Positions 1 through 12,751 of a stretch of 64,000 nucleotides of DNA are shown piece by piece. The stretch's first letter is position 1. Each line of letters starts with the position of its first letter. Under the pieces are notes generated by a model that saw only the letters and a list, made by a program, of their open reading frames with translations, was not told where the DNA came from and made no database searches. Made by a program: the position numbers and the translations under genes. The stretch is from Heterodontus francisci (taxonomy: Eukaryota), in NCBI RefSeq assembly GCF_036365525.1, contig NW_027141646.1, positions 558,001 through 622,000 on the forward strand, in the 5' to 3' direction.

Positions 1-110
1 ACTGGCCAAGTACTGGAAAATGGGATTAGAATACTTAAGTACTTGATGGCCAGCATGTACATGATGGGCCGAAGGGCCTAGTTATGTGCTGTAGAACTCT
101 ATGACTCTAA
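1..110 (+). mobile_element. 3' tail of a CR1/HER1-like LINE
   Basis: Tail motif atgggccgaagggcct..tgtgctgta..actctatgactcta, of the same type as other LINE 3' ends in the window. Confidence 0.6.
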
Positions 111-120
111 ATGTGAGTTA

Positions 121-1405
121 ATTAAGGAAAAGCAGCATGGATTTCGTCAGGGAAGATCATGTTCAAGCAAATTGCTGAAGTCTTTTGAGGAGGTAACAAA
201 GAGGGTTGATGAGGGCAATGCTGTTGATGTGGTGTACATGGACTTTCAAAAGGCGTTTGATGCAGTGCCACACAACAGACTTGTGAGCAAACTTGTAGTT
301 CGTGCAATAAAATGGTCGGTCGCAACGAGATACGAAATTGCCTGAGTTACAGGAAACAAAGAGCAGTGGTTAATGGATGTTTTTTGGCTGGAGGAAGGTT
401 GTGATGGAGTTCCCCCAGGGATCAGTGTTTGGACCCTTGCTTTTCCTGATATAGGTTAATCTCCGAGACCTTAGTGCACAATTTCAAAGTATGCAGATGA
501 TACGAAACTTGGAAGCATTGTGAAATGTGAGGTGGATAGTGTAGAACTTCAAAAGGACATAGACAAGTTGGTGGAATGGACAGACAGGTGGCAGATGAAG
601 TTCAATGCAAAGAAATTGAGGTGATTCATTTTGGTAGTAAGAACATGGAGGAATTGTATAGAATAAAGGATACAATTCTAAAGGGGGTGCAGGAGCAAAG
701 GGACTGAGGTGTGTATGTGCATAAGTCATTGAAAGTGCAGGACAGGTTGAGAGTTTGTTTAATAAAACATACAGCATCCGAGGCTTCATTCATAGTGGAA
801 TAAAGTACAAGAGCAAGGAAGTTATGTTGAACCTCTGTAAGACACTAATTCAGCCTCAGCTGGAGTATGATGTCCAATTCTGGGCACCTCACATGAGGAA
901 AGTCCTGAGGGCATCAGAGAGAGTACAGAGAAACTTTGCAAGTATGGTTCCAGGGATGAGGAATTTCAGTTATGAAGATAGATTGGAGAAGTTAGGACTG
1001 TTTGACTTGGGGAAGACAAGACTGAGAGGTGATCTGATAGAGGTATTCAAAATCATGAGGGGTCTGGGTAGAGTAGGTAGAGAATAACAATTCCAACTCA
1101 TGAGAGGATCGAGAACGAGAGGGCACACATTTAAAGTATTTGATAAGAGTAGCAAAAGGTACATGAGGAAAATCTTTTTTATGCAGCAAGTGGTTACGGT
1201 CTGGAATGCACTGCCTGAGAATTTGGTGGAGGCAGGTTTGACTGAAGTATTCAAAAGGGAATTAGACAGTTGTATGAAAGGGCAGAATTTGCAGGGTCAC
1301 ATAGAGAAGGCAGGTGAATGGAACTGAGGGAGTTGCTCTTTCAGAGAACCGGTGCAAACACGATGGGCCAAATGGCCTCCTTCTGCACTGTAATGATTCT
1401 GTGAT
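121..1405 (+). mobile_element. Degenerate CR1/HER1-like LINE (reverse transcriptase C-terminal half plus 3' tail)
   Basis: Translates to VDVVYMDFQKAFDAVPH, KYADDTKL, LEYDVQFWAP, RLRGDLIEVFKIM and VWNALP with frameshifts; ends in atgggccaaatggcctccttctgcactgtaatgattct. Confidence 0.9.
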
Positions 1406-1456
1406 TCTTCTCACTGACCTTTCTACAAGTATAAGAATTACTTTTTCTTCCTGCAG

Positions 1457-1718
1457 GCAAACATTTGAAGGAACCAGAATGAAAGTCCTGACTCCTGGAC
1501 ACAAGGAAAAGAGCAGCCAGCTTGTTCCAACACACAGTTGATAGATACAGTATCACTCACAAAGCACAGTGACACAGCCAGCTCATCATTTCCACTGCAA
1601 CAAACAAAAGAAGTAGTCAGACCCACACTGATCCCAAGATCAAGAGACACATTTTCAATCCAACAGTCAAGCAGAACAGGAGAGATTGAAGTTGCTTCTA
1701 TTTCACTGCAGCTGACTG
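1457..1718 (+). other. Exon-like block of the repeated unknown transcription unit (copy E)
   Basis: Preceded by ctttttcttcctgcag and followed by gtagac; visibly homologous to 14461-14718, 29538-29794, 35159-35415 and 60861-61118. Confidence 0.45.
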
Positions 1719-1899
1719 GTAGACACATCAAACCCAGTCTAAAAACACACTCATTATCAGATTTAAATAAACTGTGTCAATTTGACTACATTTCAAATAA
1801 GATATCTTAACTAGAACAGGCAAAATTTACCTGATTGAAAGCTAGAAAATAAGTCCTAATATGTACCCCACAATATAAACTGAGCTACACATTACAAAC

Positions 1900-3360
1900 A
1901 AATCCAAACATTTCACTATGGGTCAGACAGAAACATACAGTATTCATTCTATTTTTTTACAATACAGAGAAATTTGACTGTACATACCAGGTCATGTATC
2001 AGATTGAAAGATTAACACTCACAATTAATTTGGCAGAGCGATGAATTGGCTACCAATTCGCAACTCATGTACAAGAATTGAATAAAACAGGCAGCTATGA
2101 AATAGTTAATCCATATTTTAAATTAAACACAAGGGACAAATATTGATACACAAAATTATGAAACAGTAGCCAACAGAATGCTTGAGGTACATATTAAGTA
2201 CAGGATACAGTAGGATCACACAGACACGTACAACACAGAGACACATAGATGCAAATTGAATCTGACACTGAAACAGGGTACCAGAGCTTATTGGATGGAG
2301 AATGAATCACATATACAGACACAGTACTCATAACTTACATATACTGAATGGGTCCAACATGCAGACACAGTACGGATGCTGGCTGATACAGAATTAATCT
2401 CACACTTGCACAATCCCCCAGAGGCAGAAACATAAGGAATGAATTGCAAACACACATTCTGTACTAGAGACTATCAAATTCAGAATGAACCTACATTGAC
2501 ACACAGGACCAGGGATTTAAAGATACAGAATGTGGCCCACAATCATGTCAAGTAAGAGAAGAGCTTAAGAACATAACAGATATGACCAAGTGTAGGCCAT
2601 TTGGCCTCTCCACCCTACCCTGCCATTTAATATGATCATGGCTGATCTGATTGTGCTTAACTTCACTTTCCTGGCTGTCCCAATAACCCTTTACTNNNNN
2701 NNNNNNNNNNNNNNNNNNNNNNNNNNNNNNNNNNNNNNNNNNNNNNNNNNNNNNNNNNNNNNNNNNNNNNNNNNNNNNNNNNNNNNNNNNNNNNNNNNNN
2801 NNNNNNNNNNNNNNNNNNNNNNNNNNNNNNNNNNNNNNNNNNNNNNNNNNNNNNNNNNNNNNNNNNNNNNNNNNNNNNNNNNNNNNNNNNNNNNNNNNAA
2901 CTATATAATGCATCCCACATTCACTTACATGACGTGAAACAGATGGACACAGTACAAATCTGATTCACATAGAGTAGGAGTGCCTAAAAAACACTGAGTC
3001 CACAATGCCATTCAATAATATTTCTTAACAGGTACAGAATGAATGCCACACTCACAAACTCTACCAGTCACAGAAAAACACAGAATAAGCAACACATTCA
3101 CAAACAATACCAGAGACACAGAGATATTGAATGAATCACATTCTCACTGTCAGTTGCGGAGACGGATGAAAAATGAATTAATCCACACTCACATTCAGTT
3201 TGAGAGACTGATGGATACAGAAGTATATTCACACTCACAGGCAGTACCAGAAACTGACATACACCACATTAATCCCACCTCATACAGAGTACCAGAGGCT
3301 GACATGATGAACTGGAACCAGACATAGTCACATAACAGAAAATAAATGTTACAGAATAAT
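1900..3360 (+). repeat. Highly degenerate 41-46-bp family tandem repeat, interrupted by a LINE tail (~2560-2695, minus) and a gap
   Basis: Recurring gatacagaat(g/t)aatc..acactcaca and cagtaccagagac words. Confidence 0.5.
2696..2898. other. Assembly gap (203 N)
   Basis: Run of N. Confidence 1.
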
Positions 3361-3390
3361 GTACTCATTTACATACGTTAAACTCACATA

Positions 3391-3462
3391 GTGATGTTGG
3401 TATAGTGCTGAGAATATCTGCTTTCCAAGCAGTTGACATGAGTTCCGTACTGCGGGTCAGAC
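3391..3462 (+). pseudogene. tRNA-Gly(TCC) pseudogene
   Basis: gtgatgttggtatagtgctgagaatatctgctttccaagcagttgacatgagttc aligns to vertebrate tRNA-Gly-TCC (GCGTTGGTGGTATAGTGGTGAGCATAGCTGCCTTCCAAGCAGTTGACCCGGGTTCG); T-arm and acceptor stem are destroyed. Confidence 0.7.
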
Positions 3463-4004
3463 CTCAATTCTGGTATCATGAAGCTTCATTTTATAACTTA
3501 AAAATGATCAATGTGATTTCCAAATTAAAACTTACAAAAGACTCTCATCATCCATGTGCATCTCCCACAATGCTGAACTTCAATTTTCTTTCAATGAAAT
3601 TTATGTTAAAGAAGACATGTCCTTTAAACTAATAAATGAGTTCACAGTCAGAAACAAGAGTGTGCAGATCTTTGTTAAATAACAATAAAAAGGGAGATAG
3701 GTAAAGTTCAGTTCACGAACGGTGCTCTGGGTAAAGATTGAACCCACACTCAGATAACAGAGAATGAAATAATATAAGGTAAACTCACACTCACAGACCA
3801 GGAACTGACGGGGACAGAGTACAAGCTAAACACAGACAAAATACAAAAAAAAGCAGTTTTAAAACTGAACAAGTCAATGCAATTTATAAAATGATTCTCA
3901 TCATCCATGTACGTCTCCCGGAAATTTATCTTCTTTTTTTTGAATAACTATAGATTTGAAATAGCCTTTAAACTGATCAGTTTTCAGTCTGAAACTAATA
4001 GTAA

Positions 4005-4220
4005 ACATAAAGTTATTTGCAGCACAGAACGAGGCTATTTGGCCCATCGAGTCCATGACAGCTCTCCACAGTGCAATCCAGTCACACTCACTCTACCGCT
4101 CGATCCCTGTAGCTCTGCAAGTTTAATTCCTTCAACTGCTGTGTCAATAATCTCTTGAAGTAATTGATTGTCTCCAGTACAGCACCCTTGTGGGAAGTGA
4201 GTTCCAGATCATCACCACTC
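4005..4220 (-). mobile_element. CR1-like LINE 3' end fragment
   Basis: acagcacagaacgaggctatttggcccatcgagtc...gtgagttccagatc; recopied at 50868 and 51780. Confidence 0.6.
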
Positions 4221-4358
4221 ACTCAGTGTTCGCCCGAAATCTCCTGCCCAATATCCTCAATTTCTGTCACTATGTCCTTGTACAATGAGCTAATGGGAAC
4301 TGTTTATCCTTGTCTCACTTGTCATGATGTTTCACACTTGTTGCAAATCTCCCTTCGG

Positions 4359-4908
4359 TCAGCTCGTCCACTGATCTTGCCTGTCACCGATCCACTAATA
4401 TCCCTGACTTTCTGACTCCCTCTGCTACTGTCTCTTCAACTGTTTCAATGTTGTTGATTCAATGGAGAACAAACCCGTCTCTACTGACTTCACACATTCT
4501 GATAAATCTCCTCTGTTCCCTCCAATGAGCAGAACTGGACGCAATACTCAACTACAACACCGTCACTGTGTTTATTTTACGCATCCGTATTTCTTGTTTA
4601 GAAAGAACAAGCGCACTCAAATGGAACACGAAGCCGGTGCTCTTATTTTAAACATTCTGAAACAAGGAGTATGGAATTCAAACCCATGCATGCAGAGCAC
4701 AACAGATTAGCAGTTCATCGTTTTAATCACTCGGCCACCTTGTCTTCTGTGAGTAAGCTGAAGTGCGGAGGAATGATCCGTGCAGAATGAAAAAGGTGAC
4801 GGGCTGGTGCTAACAGAACTGAAACAGTTGAAGAGACAGCAACAGAGGGAGTGAGAAAGTCAGGGATATCGGTGGATAGGTGACAGGCAAGAGCAATGGA
4901 CGAGCTGA
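4359..4908. repeat. ~90-bp inverted repeat (4359-4447 vs 4820-4908) enclosing a tRNA-Ser pseudogene
   Basis: tcagctcgtccactgatcttgcctgtcacc...tctcttcaactgtttca is the reverse complement of tgaaacagttgaagaga...ggtgacaggcaagagcaatggacgagctga. Confidence 0.85.
4661..4744 (-). pseudogene. tRNA-Ser(GCT) pseudogene
   Basis: Reverse complement GACAAGGTGGCCGAGTGATTAAAACGATGAACTGCTAATCTGTTGTGCTCTGCATGCATGGGTTTGAATTCCA matches vertebrate tRNA-Ser-GCT with many substitutions and a damaged B box. Confidence 0.85.
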
Positions 4909-4944
4909 CTGCGGCGAAATATTGTGGCTTCGCCGAGCACTAAA

Positions 4945-5130
4945 TTTGATTGGTTATCTAAAGTAAGCAATCAGATAAATGCAGAATCAAAAGAATTGAC
5001 TTCATTGTAAACCAGCCAATCACGAACACGGTTTTCACCCATCCTTCATTAACATAGATCTCTGGGGATGTGTATAAACTGCGAGTTCCGACCTTTAAGA
5101 GCCACCCACAACGTCTCTCAAAAAGCTACA
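4945..5130 (+). pseudogene. Histone gene shell (probably H2B): promoter fused to half stem-loop plus HDE, coding region deleted
   Basis: CCAAT boxes (gattgg, ccaatca), octamer-like cttcattaacat, TATA 5073-5078, then tttaagagccacccac..tctcaaaaagct about 15 nt later. Confidence 0.65.
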
Positions 5131-5809
5131 ACATTATCTCTTTAATATCAATTTGTTTTGATATTTTTAGCAAGTATTTTCTAACTGCCTTTGTGATCTC
5201 TGTTTTAATCCTACAGATTCTGGTTAATACAGTTTCACTGCCCGTGCGATCTTCCTGTCTCTACTTAATAATGTCCCGATCATTAATTAATGACCATTTG
5301 TGAGCGTTGTTCACGGACGCATCCATATTCGGCCCCTTTGCTATATTTCGACAATAACATCTGATTTAACGCGCAGGCATCATTTCTCAGTCACTCATAT
5401 CCCGAGATCAAGTTTGTCCTCAATAAGTAATCAGCACATTATCTAGAAACCCCGGTGGTGTGGGAACCCTCAGTCTCACTCTTTGACACCTGACACTAAG
5501 ATTATACACTCCGCTGTTGTCTCTCACCAATAGGGATCAATCTATAATCAGTGATGCGGTATCATTAGGAACATTGAGCTGAAATGGTTACAGAATGCTG
5601 TGAAAGAGGCTTTCTGTCCGCTGGTTATAGAATGTTTCAAAAAGGATAGAGAGTAAACCCGAATAGATGGTGGAATGTGAAAGCGAATCTGTAAATTGTT
5701 ACCACATGTGGAATAATACAATATAAAAAAGATTTTAAAATATTTGCGGTAAAACCAAGTTACCTATAAATGTGATGATCTATATTGAAGCCGCTCTGTG
5801 TTTTACAAA

Positions 5810-6010
5810 TATATTGGCGGGCTTTTCAAATTTGAAAAATCGTTTGCAGTCTGACAATTTTGCGCCATTATTTTCCGCCCTCATCTCCTTGGCGTCTCCG
5901 GATTGGTGAATTCAGCAGCTCTCTGATTGGTCACATGAAGAGTACAATGACACCCAGTGCAGAGTGACCAATCACCAGTGCCCCCGACTCCATTCCTCCC
6001 GAAGGTATAA
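5810..6010 (+). promoter_or_regulatory. H2A promoter
   Basis: ttggcgggcttttcaaatttgaaa, three CCAAT/ATTGG boxes, and tataaa at ~6006. Confidence 0.75.
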
Positions 6011-6460
<450 letters not shown>

Positions 6461-6490
6461 AGCGGTCTGACTTAAATCTGCGAACCCAAA

Positions 6491-6531
6491 GGCTCTTTTC
6501 AGAGCCACCCACTTTATCTGTGAAAGGGCTG
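6491..6531 (+). terminator. Histone 3' stem-loop and HDE (H2A)
   Basis: ggctcttttcagagcc-accca followed by purine-rich gtgaaagggctg. Confidence 0.95.
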
Positions 6532-6579
6532 CTTGCTGTCTGAGAGGCGGCAATTTTACAATGCCAGCGCTGCTTTGTA

Positions 6580-6945
6580 TTGGCACAGAAAGAGGCCACT
6601 TGGCCCATCGTGTCGGCCGAAAAACGACCCACCTATGCTAATCCCACCTTCCAGCATTCAGTCCGTCGCCCTGCAGATTACAGCACTTGAGATGCATATC
6701 CAGATTCCTTTTGTATGAGTTGAGGGTCTCTGCCTCAACTACCCTTTCAGGCAGTGAGTTCCAGACTCCCACCACCCTCTAGGTGAAAATAAAATCCTCG
6801 TTTTCCCTCTAATTTTTCTACCAATCACTTTATACATATGTCGCACAGTCACAGACCTCTCTGCTAAGACTCTTCACCTCCACTCTCTCCAGTCCCGCCA
6901 AAATGTTGTACTTTTCAATCAGATCTCCCCTCAGCCTTCTCAGTA
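6580..6945 (-). mobile_element. CR1-like LINE 3' fragment
   Basis: ttcaggcagtgagttccagactcccaccaccctct and aatcagatctcccctcagccttct (RLRGDLIE on the minus strand). Confidence 0.75.
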
Positions 6946-7051
6946 CTGGATTCGGTAATTTAACTGCTCGCCTCTTGTGATAGTTGTCAGGGATTTTAGC
7001 AATTCTACCGTTGATGCAAACGAAAGATTTAACACAATGATCGGCTCTCTA

Positions 7052-7633
<582 letters not shown>

Positions 7634-7639
7634 TCAGGG

Positions 7640-7875
7640 ACTGTCTATTTAAGACAGTAGAGGGACCGCCCTAGTGTTGTGATTGGATGCAGCCCCATCC
7701 ATCAGTCAAGTTTGAAACCAGCTCCGGGAAGTAAAAGGGCGGCGGGAAATGCTGTGCACTGATTGGTTGAACTGCAACTGAAACTGAAATTTTATCAATT
7801 TCAAAAAGCCCGCCAATTTCAGATCAGCAAACAAGGCAAAGATTAAAAAACACCTAATCTGGCGGGAACAATTAT
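7640..7875 (-). promoter_or_regulatory. H3 promoter
   Basis: taaata TATA-like (~7646), CCAAT boxes (7681, 7761), GGCGGGAA and TTGGCGGGCTTTTTGAAA motifs. Confidence 0.7.
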
Positions 7876-8129
7876 AAAATCTCACTCCTTGTAGCTTTAT
7901 TTCTTTCGTCCTGGATTCCCCCTCTGAGTCTTCCAACACAGTTTGAACAGTTGTCTCTGGCGGGAACAAGGCGCCAGTCATTACTTACTATCACGGCAGT
8001 AAATTCCGCTTCGTGCCGGCAGTTCAGACCTTCACGTATAAATTAACAAATGCAACCGTTTAATTCATGACGTGTTCGATAAATAATGAAGAGAAAAATA
8101 CAGTGAAAGATCTTTGATATGTAAATTTA

Positions 8130-8612
<483 letters not shown>

Positions 8613-9342
8613 TCACTCAAATCACTGCTGAATGAGAAACGAGCTGTTTCTGCTGCATTTTTTATACAGCCCGCCCAGACCTGACTGAGAAAGGGACAGA
8701 GAGTGAGAGGCGGGGCGGAGAGGAAACTGAGTAACAGACAGAGCAGAGAAATGATTTTCATCCTCCAGCTCCGCCTCCCACTTGCTGGAACCGCCAATTC
8801 AAAAAAAAAATTCTCAACAACAGAGCTTTGCACAAAACTTCCAGACTCTGCCTTTATAGTCAAAGATAACAGAAACCCGGAGCTTTTAAATAAGGATCTA
8901 TAACAATTAAAAGTTGATCATATATCCGCCTAGGTACAGTGCTTCCGATCACAAGTCAACCCGTTTCCACACACCTCCCCTCCCAGACGGATTGATCAGT
9001 TTACTAACACCTTATCCCAGCTGAATTAGATAAATTCATGTATTGGGGTTTGAGTTGTAATTCGGGGTTTCTCGCCAGTATTCCTGTGTTAGACCCTCTC
9101 ACTATGAATTAGTGAAACGAGCATGAACTGAGACTGTACCGAACAGATCCCCAGTTACAGTGAGGCAGGGACATCCCTCTGTTTTGTTGCAGAGAGTTGG
9201 GGTCGGGCTGAGAGTAGTGTCTGTCAGCGAGTCACCAGGGATCCTGCATTTACTTCCCATCATTTCTATGTGAAATGTGCACATGGCGGCGGGACAGGGA
9301 TCATGTGATAGGGGGATCAGCTCTTTCCTGAGAGATGTGGGT

Positions 9343-9358
9343 GGCTCTGAAAAGAGCC
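9343..9358 (-). terminator. Histone 3' stem-loop (H1 copy 1)
   Basis: Minus strand ggctcttttcagagcc-accca with HDE ggaaagagctg downstream. Confidence 0.95.
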
Positions 9359-9394
9359 TTTGGGTTCAGATGTCTACAAGTTTCCCGTGCAGTT

Positions 9395-10084
9395 TCACTT
9401 CTTTCCAGGGGCTGCTTTCTGAGCCTTTGCTGCTTTTGGCTTGGTCTTGCCCCTTGATGATTGAACTTTCTTGAGCTCCTTTCCGCCCGTGGCACTCTTG
9501 GGTTTTTTGGCCTTCTTCGCAGGAGACTTTTTCGGAAGTGTTGCTTTCTTTCCTGGGGATTTCTTTGGCGTTGCCGCCTTCTTGCTGGTCACTTTCTTGC
9601 CTGCTGCTTTCTTCGCTGCCGATTTCTTGGCTGCTAGTTTCTTGACTGGTAATTTCTTGGCTGCTGATTTCTAAGCTGTCACTTTCTTGCCACCTGTTTG
9701 CTTTTCGAAAGGTTTTTTGGCTGCTCCTGACTTCACTTTCTTTCCCACATCTCCCTTGGTTCCCTGCTTAGGGATTTTGAAGGAGCCGGATGCGCCCGTA
9801 CCGCTGCTGTGCACCGGGGAGCCTTTGTTCACATTCCTCCTGATACTTTGCTTGATTTGGGTCCTGAACTTACCCACATCCACACCGCTCCTACCCAGAG
9901 CCTTCTTTCTGGCGGGCAGTGAGGTCCCCCTGCGATCGGTGCAATCCGCCACAATCTTGAGGATCTGCTCGCTCAACGTGGGACCAGCTGACTTGTTCCG
10001 GGGAGCCGCTTTCTTCTTCTTCGGAGTCTTGACTTGAGCGGCGGCGGCTGGAAGAGCCGTTTCGGCGGCTGCTGTATCGGTCAT
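9395..10084 (-). pseudogene. H1: Linker histone H1 pseudogene (premature TAG at 9671-9673)
   Basis: MTDTAAAETA.., globular domain ..GTGASGSFK, K/A/P-rich tail continuing in frame to TGA at 9395; 690 nt; H1 box AAACACA upstream at 10230-10236. Confidence 0.92.
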
Positions 10085-10699
10085 GTCCGGGACTCTGCAC
10101 AAATTCTCTCTGTCAGTCAGAACTGGGTCAGAAATTAAGCCGGTTGTGGAGGCACTGAGCAACTTAAAGGCAGTGAGCGGACGGGGGCGGAGACAACCTG
10201 CTGTCAACTCCCGGCTCCTGCTGCCTCTCTGTGTTTCTCTCTGGTCCTAAACTCTCCAATACCACTGAAATTCGGGTACTGCAGAGTCCCAGACTAGATC
10301 CTTCCTGTCTCTGACATGACAATGCTTGCTGTCCAATAGTTTGCACTTGAAGTAAAGACTCCATTTCTGACTGAAACCCGTTTTATTGCTGCACTGATGG
10401 CGCTCTCTCCCCCGAAAACTGACATGTTCTCCACTTTTTGACTGAAATCTTGAAATGAACAAAGAAACTACACTGAATTCCCACTTTGGGGATGAGAAGG
10501 GGAGCAATGTGCTTCTTTGACTGCAAAATCTTGTTACTTGACACAAGAGGGACTCGGAAATCCGGCGATGAGACCGGTCCCACAAATACAGTGACATTAG
10601 ACTAACCCGCCAGCACCTTTAATACACTCTCTCTTACACAATATTCACATCTACACATTCTCATGTCGAACTGTTCGCTAAATGTAGAGTTCCCAGGAC

Positions 10700-11720
10700 A
10701 GGTTTTGAGCTCTCTGCTGAGGTAAATAGACCCCTCAGCTCCACTCTATCCAGGCTCTTCAACATTTTATACATTTCAATCAGATCTCCCGTCAGCCTTC
10801 TCTGTTCCAAGGAGAACAACCACAGTCTATCCAATATTTCCTCAGAGCTGCATTTTTAAGTCCCGGCAACATCCCGTTAAATCTCCTCTGTATCCTCTCT
10901 CGTGCAGTTAGTGTAATGAGGTGACCAGAACGGCACACATAACTCAAGTTCTGGCCTAACCAATGATGATAAAGTTCCAGCATACCCTTCCTCCTCTTAT
11001 ATTCTGTACCTCGGCTAATAAAGGAATGGATTCCATATGTCTTCTTAACCATATTATCACCCTGCCCTGTTACCTTCAGGGATCCGTGGACATTTACTCC
11101 AAGGTCCCTCACCCCCTCTGCACCTCTCAGTATTTTCTCATTAATCGTGTCTTCCTTTGCATTGTTTGACCTCCCCAAGTGCATCACGTCACACTTCTCC
11201 GGGTTGAATTCTATGCACCACTTTTCTGCCCTTCTGACCAGACCATAAACATCTTCCTCCAGTCCACAGCACTCCTCCTCGCTATCTACCACACGGCCAA
11301 TATTGGTGTCGTCTGTAAACTTCTTGATCGTGTCCCTCAACATTTATGTCCAACTTGTTCATATAAATCATCACAAAAACAGGGGACCCATTACTGAGCC
11401 CTGGGGAAAACCACTGGAAACAGCCCTCCAGTCTCAAAAGCAGCCGTCAACAATTACTCTTTGTTCCTGCCACTGAGGCAATTTTCCATCCACCTTGCTG
11501 CATTTCCCTGGATGACATGAAATTTTATTTTATAAAGAGTCTGTATTTTGGGACCCTGTCAAGAGCCTTGCTAAAATTCATGTGGAATCCATCAACAGTA
11601 CCACCCTCAGCTAACATCCTTTTTCAAATTCAATTCAGTTGGTATGTGCCTTTCTAAGTGACAGTTTATCTTGTCTCTCAGAATAGATTTCAATAATTTA
11701 CCCATTACTGAGGTTAGACT
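10700..11720 (-). mobile_element. CR1-like LINE RT fragment
   Basis: NYRPVSLTSVMGKLL, KFTDDTNIG, FNPEKCDVMHLG. Confidence 0.9.
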
Positions 11721-12259
11721 GACTGGCCTGTAATTATTGAGTTTTAGGCTGAACTGTAAGATTCGTTTTATCTCGAAAGATCCGCCTGGGGAAACAGACG
11801 TTAAAATCTCATCTCTCACTGATATGGTGCCAGAGGAAGACACATTATTAATCTCACAGTCCGGGAATGTGTCAGAGAGTGAGGCATACAATGTCCCAAA
11901 TGTAACTTTCTCTGCCCTGTTGAACTCTCTGTTATCTTTCAGCTCAAACCCTTCGCTATGACTCTCAGTGACAGACAGTTACACTCTGCTTAAATTGATC
12001 TCTGACTGTAACTGTCAGATATTAACTCCTGCCCCATTCCTGCAAACACATCGTCTCCCTCGGAGGATCAGTTTGAGAATTCGAGCTAATGAACAGCAAA
12101 CATAGTGCAGAGAATGATCTCAAGTTGAGCTTGGTAAAGGGGTCATCTCCCAGCTGGAAACCTTCTCTATTCTTGCCCACAGTCCCGGTTCCATTGCTCA
12201 AAATCAGATAAAACTGAACTGGAGAAAGTTCTGACTGATTTTTGTTTTTCAAACTATTG

Positions 12260-12640
12260 CCGAATGCAGCGCATGCGCGGTACAGCACCACCCCCACCAG
12301 TGATTGTGAATGAGCGAATGGACGCATGCGCGCTCCCCTCCGCCAGCAAATCTGTTCAACGCCATTTACTCAGTGAGCGGAAAGAGTTTGTTTTTAACAG
12401 AGGGAATGGATATATTACGGCCTCGGGGTAAGGCAGCAAACAGCAATCTGCTTCCAGCAGCACATTGCTTTAGGACCCTGTCCGCAGTCTGGATCAGAGA
12501 TCGCCATTGACTCCGGGGCAAGTTCAGGGGGCGTCGCGGGCTGTTTGTGAGAGGCAATGTGGAGGATGAACTGATACCGGAACATGGAGTGAGCGGAGGA
12601 ATGGAGAGGCCTTTCTCGGACTGTGTGTGAACTAGGTAAG
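12260..12640 (+). promoter_or_regulatory. CpG-rich promoter and first exon of the unknown repeated unit (copy A)
   Basis: Two GCGCATGCGC-type (NRF1) motifs, gcggaa ETS-like site, ATG 12406, donor cggg|gtaagg after 12427 and second donor ctag|gtaagt at ~12635. Confidence 0.6.
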
Positions 12641-12751
12641 TGAGACAGAACGTGAATAAGCTGCTGTAGAAAATCTTTGCTGTTTCTCGCCTCAGTTCTG
12701 TAATACATGTTCGTGGTTTAACTCCTGTTTCACGCTGTTTACTGTGAGTGT

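Noticed and set aside
2548-2937. ORFs spanning poly-X
   Set aside because: Artefact of the N gap
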